From Lepidodermella squamata (taxonomy: Eukaryota > Animalia > Gastrotricha): 64,000 nucleotides of DNA. Position 1 is the stretch's first letter. Every line of letters starts with the position of its first letter. The stretch covers positions 3,906,001-3,970,000 of the forward strand of contig JBLDXI010000013.1 of NCBI GenBank assembly GCA_047495785.1, given 5' to 3'. Made by a program: the position numbers and the translations under genes. The notes under the pieces were generated by a model. That model was not told the origin of the DNA. It saw only the letters and a program-made list of their open reading frames with translations, and searched no databases. This document shows, in pieces, positions 53,601 through 64,000 of this stretch.

Positions 53601-55867
53601 GATTGGGTCGGAGGAGCAGCGGCAGAATCACCATAGAGCAATAAATCCTCATCATCAGCATCAGTAGGTAGGTTACTGATAGATGAAGCCGACGGTCTGT
53701 TGGGGGTAGCTTGGGTCGGAACCGCGAAACCGGTCTCAGTCTTGTAATCCCGCATCGATAAAAGCGACACGATGCCTGATTTATCGATGAAACAAGTCAC
53801 CGCAGTCGCGTCTGATGCCAATTTTTCAAGCCTGGTCAAGCTCAGCTGCGAATCTTGGTTCAACTCAAGTAGCATGACCGTCCCATCTGAGGTTAGTAGA
53901 GTGACAAACGGGTCGGAACAAGCGGCTTGCACAACAGTTTTATCACCGAAAGAAACTGTATGCACCTCACGTTGGCCGTCATGTAGAAGAGCGCAGGTCG
54001 ACGTTACTTGAACAATGAAACGCCCCTGGCCGAGACTTGCGGCTAAAACCGTTGAAAAAATTGTTGAAAAGCCCCTCGTGTCTTCCACCTCAGCAATTTC
54101 TTGCCCGGTTTCTAAAATTAAGGTGGAGTCGGAACGGCTGACTATGAGGAACGAATGCATCTCCGGCGACTGTTCCGCGCCGGCGGGGCGATAGGCACAG
54201 GCCACAGTCCACATATCAACGCAACCAGGTAGCGAAAACCCGGTAACGATTTGGGGGCGGATATGACGTTGCATCATACAAACCGCCCCGTTCCTACCAT
54301 GCCCGGCTGTTACGATGAGTTCAAGCTCAGGCTCCTGTCGTTGCCCGCAAAATTCCTCCGATAAACCACTCGCTTGAGCAATAACAGCTTGTGAGCAAGG
54401 TCCGGTAGTGGTTAAACTTGAGCAAACTTCGAATTGGTAAGCAGTAGTATCAGCGATATTATTCGCCGAGTCCGCGTCTTTATCCTCCAACAACAAATCA
54501 AGATCATCATTATTTTGAGCACTAGCCAAGTCCAATTTCCGTCGTTTATAGTCCGGCTGAAATTCGCGAACACCGTCGGAAGGTTCGATAACTCGGTAGC
54601 GTAAAAGCAGTGAATTGCCAAGCCTCGATCCCAAAAACACGATATTCGGCTTCAAAACAGAAAGACACGTCGATAGAACGGAAGAGCCGGCTTTATCGAA
54701 TCGGAATGTTCGCATAAATCGCATCGAATCAGCAAAAAGGGACAAAATGTACAAATCGCCGTTAGATAGCGAAACTAAAATTGTTCGATCATCTTTCGGG
54801 CCGATGAAAGACGCCTGGCAGCAGTCGAGCGAAATCGTCAAATCAGGCTGGTTGAAACTTGGTTTCACAGCAGCTAGTCCCGTAGTCCGCTCTCCCAGGC
54901 TATTCACTGCAACGCCGAAAAGTGGGACACTTTGATTCAGGTAGAGTAGCGAATTATTGCAGAAAAGTAACGCGCCGCCAATTGGGCGTGGAATTGACAG
55001 TAATTTGAAAGAGTCAAATGGCAACCCTTCGACGTACCAAATCACAGGAGGCATCAGCGGTTGACCAGGATGGGCGTTATTCGAAGCCGCATCTTCTAAA
55101 TCCGCAGTTAAAGAAACAGCTGCGACGACGCAGCTATCGATTCGACAAGCTAAACGACCAACCCAGTTACGATGACTTTCGCCTAGAATGAGCAAAGTCG
55201 GCTCAAAATAGCCGTGTAGAAACTGAATGTCATGGACGTGAATCATCGGAACGTTCGGCAGTTTCGTGACATCAATCGTGTAAGATGATAAGCGGCTATC
55301 GATAGCCATCGGATGCGAATTCGCACCACCAACACTCAGCGAAAACGCCTTTCCAATATCCATACTTTCCTCCAAAAATGAAGACCGCCTTTGCTTGCTG
55401 AATTCATATCGCAGTGGGATAATAGCGATTAAACGGCCATAGAAAAGGCCGCTGATGCACCGATGTTGAGGATCGACCCGAATCTGAGGAACAAATGCGT
55501 TTCTCACAGCACCAGATGCGTGATCTTGGTCTTCGAAATAATTGAGCGCTAACGTTTTCAAGTCATGCGTATCTTCGTCGTAACGAACAATTGAGACTTT
55601 TGCGTCGGGAAAAGCTAGGGCTAGGCAATCTCGATCATTCACGCCCGCAAAGCGGACACATTGCATAGAACAGACATTTCCAGAAAATCGAAAAGTTTGA
55701 CAATGGTCGAACACAACGGCCTTATTCTCATTTTCGACGATTCGATAAACGTCCAGGTAATTAACTGAAGACACTAGCAAATTCTCTTCATTATTGTGGT
55801 AGAAATGACACACCAAACTGTTTTCCACGCCAGTATGCCGGTGCACCTGCTTGAATATCGCATACAT
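50670..55867 (-). CDS. CPSF1: Cleavage and polyadenylation specificity factor subunit 1 (3 exons)
   Basis: MYAIFKQVH, THDLKTL, DIQFLHGYFEPTLLIL, FLGSRLGNSLLLRY, GHGRNGA, DVVPEPGQPLT, TLDGGIG, LPHLAGLNP. Confidence 0.97.
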
Positions 55868-56226
55868 TTATAACACCTAGTTTTGAGAACAAAAACGCAA
55901 AATTATTTTAAGGTTTTTATTACTTTTCACCAAAATATTATTATGCAATTTTCCCTCATTTACCATTTTTCTTGTTAAAATAAAATCATTCACATGGAAC
56001 ATTCGCAATTATTTTTAATCGGTTTGATATCTTGGATTATCTGCGTTAAGAATCAGCAAAATAATTATTCAATTTTAGTATTTACATTCATGATGTTAAT
56101 CACACATACTAATAATTAAGTGTAAATTAGTGTCAGATGTTCAGATCATCACCGACTGACGAACAAGCATTTTTAATTTATAAAGAGCCATAAATAACGA
56201 AAATGTGCTATTAGGATTATCCTCGA

Positions 56227-57801
<1,575 letters not shown>

Positions 57802-59510
57802 TCAAAAAAATAACATTCATCTCTAGAAATGATCATGAACGTCAGTGATTTTCCAATCATCAATTATAAGTGATAAAGGTCAAAATGGTGACAGTCATAA
57901 CACTATGCAAGCCGTGTATTTTACATTTATTTTAAGAATTCTTTCAGCGCCGGCCACGGCTGGGCTTGGGCGCATTTTCAATGATCAATGACATTCATAT
58001 GAATGAGGGTGAAGTGTTATACTGTAGAACAGAAGATCAAAGCCTTACGGATTTTTAAAGTTAAAAACGCTGATAAATAACCATCAACATTTTTTCAAAG
58101 ATCGAAGATTTCAGAGACTTGCAGTCTTAGTGAAGGCTATCTTTAAGCAGGGACAAGAGTCAGCAGCCCATATGAGACTTGGCAAGCCCCATCTCTATCT
58201 TCGCTGTTGTTTGAAAAGGCAACAGCTGACGCATCATCAATATTGCACAACACGCAATTTTCAAATGACTGCGAATACATAGACAGGGCCGAAATCGCTT
58301 GCCATGTCTCATATTTGCTGTTGGCGGCTGGCCGTCGACGCACTTTTGGCGCAGGTGACGTGTGACTGATGAGTGAATCGGGCAGACTTTTTCGATTGAT
58401 TATCATTTTCAAAAATACATGCTATTTGGTTTTGTCATATAATAAACATTATATAATGTATTTCTTTTTTAACATAATATCATTCCCGAAAATCAAATGG
58501 ATCCAATAAAATTATTCTGATAGTTTCTAGGGTGATAGGGGGTAGCTGGGTTCTGGTTCGGGGAAACCGGCTTATTCTTGAAAACTTTTTCGCCTTTGAC
58601 TTGCGACTCCTGGCTTCTCATTGCTCACACGTCTTGAAAAAAGAACCTAGAACTTGGAAAGTTTGCAGCAAAATAAGACGTGGAAATTGATTCTTCACTC
58701 GTGATAGTTGGCTTATTCCTCTGAATTCTCTGGCCTTGTGCAAAAAAAAGGAGGCGAAAAATGGCTGTTTCGCTTTTAGATTTCGTAGGGCAGACGGCAG
58801 ACGAGGGCTGTTGGCTCTCCAATATCCTTCTCCATGTAATCTTAACAAGTATCAAGGTCATACCTATTGCACGTCTGCTCCTTCAGACGGGTGAGGGGCG
58901 GAGATACGATGTCACTATGAGAGTGCACGGTGGACGTATACTCTACCGTTCAACCCGGCGCCCGGTGGCATCTTTGGCCTCATACTCCGATTTCACGCGT
59001 CTGCGCCCTGGTTCTAGGTTCTAGCATGACTTGGTTAAATTTTAATCTACAAGGGAAGAGTAAACTAGAGAAACTCATAGCATTGTATATTGTAGTTTCC
59101 AGTCTGCCCCGACTTGTCATTGTCTGCGGCGTTTCAATGTTGATGAATTATCTTATTTCTGGAATGGTGTAGCTATTTAGACCTAGCTCTTATTGAAACA
59201 TTATGCAGTCACATGAGCCATTATAGTTCACCTTATGGAGTCGAACATAGCTCATGAAGCCCATATTGCATAAGGTTTCGACATCTGGTTCAGGTCGAGT
59301 CTTTTTACTCAAGCTAATTTCTATGCCTATCTCATTATCTATTCTTGATAGTCGATAGTTCACGTATCCCTCGTTGTTGCTAATTTATTTTGCATGGAAT
59401 GTTCCCCTATTTGAAGCAATCAAGGTGCAGTCGAAGGGCAACATTTGCTACATGTTTAATGTTAATTTTTCAATTGCCTGTAGATAAAATTAAGCTTTGG
59501 ATTGAACAGC

Positions 59511-60194
59511 ATGACAGAATACTGGAAATCCCAAGCCAAGAAGTATTGCGAATTTTGTCAATGCTGGATCACCGACGACAAAGCTACTCGAGATATACAC
59601 GAGAAAGGACTGCGCCATATAGCCAACGTGCAGAAAAAGATCGATGAGGTGAAGAAAAAAACCGTTGAAAACCAGCGGGATAAAGACAAATTGGCATATG
59701 ATTTATCTGAGATTGAGAAGAAAGCGTATGTTGCTTTTCAAAAAGACGTGTTGCAAAGTGTTAGTGCCATAGTGCAGTCTGGGTCGACACCGGAATCTCA
59801 AGCAGTGGCAGAAAGTCTGCATGCTAAAATCCAACTTCAAGAGGCGAAGAAATCCGAGGACGACAAGAAAAAGAGCATACCGAGCAGTGCTACCTCAATA
59901 GATGAATTTTGGGAACAGCGTGTGTCACCCGAAGGTTACATCTATTATTATAATACGAAAACGAAGCAGCGGCAATGGGACAAGCCGGATTGTTTGAAGA
60001 AACCTGCTGCATCGGCATCATCATCTTCCACACCCGCCCAAGACCAGCAAGTCAAACAAGCAGAAAAACGGAGTGCACCCGACTCTCAAGCGGAAGAAGC
60101 GGAATCCAAGCCTGATTTAGGCCCCGGTAAAATTAAACTTCGCCCCGGTATAACCAGCTTATTGCCGAAAAAGGCGAAAGTTGACAATAAGTAA
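59511..60194 (+). CDS. WBP4: WW domain-binding protein 4 (FBP21)-like, short form
   Basis: MTEYWKSQAKKYCEFCQCWI...H...H matrin-type zinc finger and a single WW domain (WEQRVSPEGYIYYYNTKTKQRQWDKP). True ATG at 59511. Confidence 0.9.
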   Translation: MTEYWKSQAKKYCEFCQCWITDDKATRDIHEKGLRHIANVQKKIDEVKKKTVENQRDKDKLAYDLSEIEKKAYVAFQKDVLQSVSAIVQSGSTPESQAVAESLHAKIQLQEAKKSEDDKKKSIPSSATSIDEFWEQRVSPEGYIYYYNTKTKQRQWDKPDCLKKPAASASSSSTPAQDQQVKQAEKRSAPDSQAEEAESKPDLGPGKIKLRPGITSLLPKKAKVDNK

Positions 60195-60292
60195 CTCGTT
60201 GTTTTTCACTATTTCATTTTTGCCATTTGTCATAAACAAATATCATTGACTCTCCCCTCATTTCTGTTAGATTTTTTGAAAGAGTATTTTTC

Positions 60293-62392
60293 ATGTGGAC
60301 AATAACTCCTGTGACTCAATCTCAACAGTCACTTGGCGTAATTCGCCTTCTAGCCGGAAAACTATGCAACGTCGGTCGACGGAAAGCCGATTCAGATATT
60401 TGCCTCAGCGATGAGACGATCAGTAAAAGCCATGCTGTTCTACGAGTCGATGAGAATAGTTACGACATTTCAGACCCATCTCATCGCCCGAAATTGGTCG
60501 TCCGAGATCTCAAATCAACGTGCGGAACTCTTATACGAGGTAAAAAGATAACACCCGAGTCCGACGTTCCAGTTGAAGATGACGTTGAAATTCAATTTGG
60601 GAAACGCGTTACATTTCGAGTTTCGTACGATCCGATGGTTTTCGCGGTCTCATGCAACCTGTCTCGGCCAGATTTTAATAAGGTCTCATCATCAGCCCGA
60701 TCTCTGGGTGCTCATTGCCTGCCTCAGCTCACTCAACATTCCGTTATTACAAGTGATATCACTGTTTTATTGGTCGAGGATGTTATTACCCAGATAACGC
60801 CTGGTATTTTGAGTTCTTTGGTCTACGAATGCCCCATGGCGACTTTGAAATACGTTGCGGCGTTGGAGGAAGCTGCAGCAGTGAAGGGCACGCCTGTTCC
60901 TAGTGTTTCGAGTTACCCACCGAAAGTCTCGCGCGAATTATCGTCGTTTTTACGTCTCGATCGTCAAAACAGGAGGCGTTTATTTGCTGGTGTAACGTTT
61001 CACCTTTTGGCGCGAGGTCATTCCGACGCGGAGGCGAACGGACTGAAGGAGTTGATCACGCAAGCGGGCGGGGTGGCTTGCATAGTGACGAGTGAAGCAG
61101 ATTTACCGGCTAGTGCTGAGAGCAGAGTTGTGTCTCTGCTGAGCAGCGTCGGTGCGCCTGTGAAGCGTGCGTTGAGTAAAAACGGCTGTCGTGTTATAGC
61201 GCCTTGCGAAATTTGCATGGCTGTTGCGTGCGCTTCATCCAGCGACTACACTAATCCGCATTCGCTGAAGCCAGCTAGTTGTTTTATACACCACAATGGC
61301 ACTGGTTGCATCCTGGTTAGCGACGCATGTACGCCTGATGTACAAGTAGAACAAGAACAAGAACATGACGATTCTGCGTCGACTATAAATTGCGATGACG
61401 ATGATGAAAATATGGCCGACCCGGAGTGTACGTGTGCTGAAATAAAAGATGAACCTATTTTTACCTCAACACAGCGGCTCGATGCGCAGCAAGAAACAGT
61501 GCCACTAGCACCACCGCCACGAATACTGCCTGAGAACCGCACATTGGCGCGCGGTCGCGACCTTGCGCCAACAAATAAAACAGGGCCCTTACCTCCTCAA
61601 CCACCTCCGCCAATGATATCGTCGTCTAATAATAATAATAACGCATTAACAAACACTCGTAGGCGGCCTATCGACAGCGGCGAAAGTCGCGGCGACAACG
61701 CGACGGAAAAGCGGCGCCGAGTGGAGGATATCTCCGTTGACCTAACTGGCAACCACGAACGGCCGGCTAGTTCTAAATCCACTACCTTAACTCCACCTGC
61801 CCCGCCCGGCTCGTGGATTTCTACGTCGAAAAAGCACACCGGTGGTGTTAATTCAACAGCTATTAGTGTCAATTTAACGTCAGTCAAGAAAGAAGAGGGC
61901 GAAGACCCTGACAATCCGGTGCAGAGTCTTGTAGTTGTCAAGTACGCTGACAATTTGTTCGATCCCAATTGCAGTTTGCGGGATTTGCGCATAAGTGACG
62001 ACCCTTTATCGCCGCCTCAGCGCAGCTTTGTGTCAAATGCGAGTCGTGCTGCTATGTCAACAACAACTAACACCACACAACGCCGCTCCATGCTCGCTGG
62101 TAATGGGCAAAAAATCTTCAAAAAAGTCTGGCCGCTTCACATGGTCAACAACGAGCAGTGCATCAGAAAAGACCAGTTAGTCCCGGCAGCAGAACTCGAA
62201 AAATCCCGCCGATCTAAACGCGACTCGTCAGTTTTGGAAGGTGAAGAAGAAATTGCCGAGGAGGAAGCAACTACTTCCAGAGTCAACCCGGTGTTCAATC
62301 GAAGCGAATTGGAGGTCGTACATGACAGCGTCATGGACGATGCGGGGCCCAGTCAGCGCCAAAACGTCTTTCGAAACTTTCTCAAACGCTGA
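60293..62392 (+). CDS. NBN: Nibrin/NBS1-like protein, intronless
   Basis: N-terminal FHA (VGRRK.SDI...TISKSHA...DLKSTCGT), BRCT-like region (RRRLFAGVTF), low-complexity linker, and KIFKKV matching the Mre11-binding KNFKK motif. Confidence 0.85.
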   Translation: MWTITPVTQSQQSLGVIRLLAGKLCNVGRRKADSDICLSDETISKSHAVLRVDENSYDISDPSHRPKLVVRDLKSTCGTLIRGKKITPESDVPVEDDVEIQFGKRVTFRVSYDPMVFAVSCNLSRPDFNKVSSSARSLGAHCLPQLTQHSVITSDITVLLVEDVITQITPGILSSLVYECPMATLKYVAALEEAAAVKGTPVPSVSSYPPKVSRELSSFLRLDRQNRRRLFAGVTFHLLARGHSDAEANGLKELITQAGGVACIVTSEADLPASAESRVVSLLSSVGAPVKRALSKNGCRVIAPCEICMAVACASSSDYTNPHSLKPASCFIHHNGTGCILVSDACTPDVQVEQEQEHDDSASTINCDDDDENMADPECTCAEIKDEPIFTSTQRLDAQQETVPLAPPPRILPENRTLARGRDLAPTNKTGPLPPQPPPPMISSSNNNNNALTNTRRRPIDSGESRGDNATEKRRRVEDISVDLTGNHERPASSKSTTLTPPAPPGSWISTSKKHTGGVNSTAISVNLTSVKKEEGEDPDNPVQSLVVVKYADNLFDPNCSLRDLRISDDPLSPPQRSFVSNASRAAMSTTTNTTQRRSMLAGNGQKIFKKVWPLHMVNNEQCIRKDQLVPAAELEKSRRSKRDSSVLEGEEEIAEEEATTSRVNPVFNRSELEVVHDSVMDDAGPSQRQNVFRNFLKR

Positions 62393-62594
62393 AAAACGGA
62401 CCGATTTTGTGATTTGCAACTTAATTTCCTGCTGATTTTACGTTGAAATTCGAGAAAAATTCGCTAATTTCAGGGAGGCATTTTCACTCTCGGAAATTTC
62501 TTAGATTTTTGCTCAAATCGTTTTGTTTTTAATCTTCACAACAATATTTCTACTTCAGCTAATTTTCTTCATTTTATGTAGATTTATTTAAATA

Positions 62595-63071
62595 ATGGGT
62601 GTTAAAATTTATCGATTAAAAGAAGCTGCTTTGCGGTTTTTGTCACGAAAAAGCAAGCGGTCTTCGACTTCCACCGCTTCTTCGCCGGAGTCTATGCCTG
62701 GGAATTTCACCATTTCCTCCTCAATTTTCAGCGGCAGTTGCGGTAAGGGCGGAGTGATTGGCGGCGGAAGACCGGCTTCGGTTGACGCGGCGGATGAATT
62801 GGCGGATTACGTCGTAGCGTTGGAACAGAAAGTTTTCGAGGCGGAGACTAGTAAACACGCGGCTGATATGACGATCGCTCAACTTCGCCGGCAACTAGTC
62901 GACCTCGAGCAGCAACGCTCGATTCTCGGGTCGGAATTGCGACGCCTCGAGTCGGAAAATTCGCACCTGCAATCGGCGATACAGGATGTTAGCAGTTGGA
63001 TCGCGAGAAGCGCCGACTCCCTTCTATCGCCCCCGGTCTCGGTCGCTTGCCGAGAGACTCAAACCGACTGA
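62595..63071 (+). CDS. Uncharacterised Ser-rich / coiled-coil protein
   Basis: 158-aa GC-rich ORF with a heptad region (YVVALEQKV...LESENSHLQ) and an upstream acceptor-like site. Confidence 0.6.
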   Translation: MGVKIYRLKEAALRFLSRKSKRSSTSTASSPESMPGNFTISSSIFSGSCGKGGVIGGGRPASVDAADELADYVVALEQKVFEAETSKHAADMTIAQLRRQLVDLEQQRSILGSELRRLESENSHLQSAIQDVSSWIARSADSLLSPPVSVACRETQTD

Positions 63072-64000
63072 ACAAAAAAAACGCGAAAAAAATCTGAATT
63101 AAAGCGGAAATCTTTTATTTTTCTTTGGGCTTTCTTAAGAGTAAAATTTACATTTTTTTCTGCTCATCATTCTTGAATGCAAGTACTCGATACTGCTGAT
63201 TTAAGATTCGTCTACCTCTTATATGCAACGGAAATTGTAAATATTTTTTTCTCCCGTACTTCCTGTTCTCTTCTTTTGACCGTTCTTGCCTTGCCTTACC
63301 TTGATTGCCGTGTGATTTATTCGAGGAAATAAACATTCCCATTCTGCTTTTATTTCGAGGTTAAAAAATGATGAGTTGTAAAATCAGCGTGTTATTATTA
63401 TTATATTGATGAAAATTTATACTTCGTTAAAGGTGCGCAATCTTTTTGTAAAAAATTTATTCGGGACCTTCATTCCAGCTGTTTATTTGCCAAACCAAAC
63501 GACTTTATTTACAACCATTCTAAGGGATTTGTAGATTTTATATCAGTGAAAGGTTGTGTAATGGCGACTTCAGAGAATAAACCTGTATTCTTTTGTTGTG
63601 GCTTCGCTTGAACGGTGCAAAAGAATGCTATATATAAAATATTGATTGATCAAAAATGCTAAAGAAATATTATATATATGTATATAAAGATATATAATTA
63701 TGTTATGAAATCAGTGGATTGTTTTTAAACAATAATTGTAGAAAACCCAGTAAAAGTCGTAATAGTGCTCACATGGTCTGCGCGTTTTGTTTACGAAAGT
63801 TACTTATTTTGCCGTATAGGTTTTTAATTACGTTCTTATTTTCATTATTAAGGGAATATTTTATAATTGTGCTTTCAGCAGAGCTTGTCCGAATGAAAAC
63901 AAAGCAGAAGAGAAGAAGAAGACACGCTCTTGAATCGGATTGCTGATTTTCACGCGCGGAATATAAGCCTACGTGACCGGCCATTATAGAATTTCTTAGG

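Noticed and set aside
58749-58759. Second copy of the 3633 TIR (AGGAGGCGAAA)
   Set aside because: Only an 11-nt match with no partner end.

Overview
Genomic DNA from a compact, intron-bearing invertebrate animal genome; the phylum cannot be determined from the sequence. It is not prokaryotic, and I see no CRISPR, rRNA or tRNA. Left to right it contains: a divergent replication-type H4/H3 histone pair, nested non-autonomous TIR elements, a bacterial-looking NmrA gene, (-) SLC12A9-ARGLU1-SLC35F6, (+) COQ4-GOLIM4-like-EOGT, an ENPP, two tandem secreted PAN+fibrinogen-like genes plus a relic third copy, (-) PI4K2-CPSF1-NDUFS3-PEPCK_A-PEPCK_B, and (+) WBP4-NBS1-coiled-coil ORF. Main observations: (1) Each PEPCK gene encodes a ~1240-aa double protein, an intact GTP-PEPCK fused in frame to a second complete but catalytically degenerate PEPCK domain, and the whole fusion gene is tandemly duplicated. 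(2) Unrelated housekeeping genes lie head-to-tail, mostly 74-409 nt apart, each with a 3' splice-acceptor-like site just before the ATG, which suggests SL trans-spliced operons. (3) A TIR element is flanked by a perfect 18-bp direct repeat. (4) Both histone genes share an atypical downstream element. Exon boundaries were read by eye and family assignments come from remembered motifs; no searches were run.
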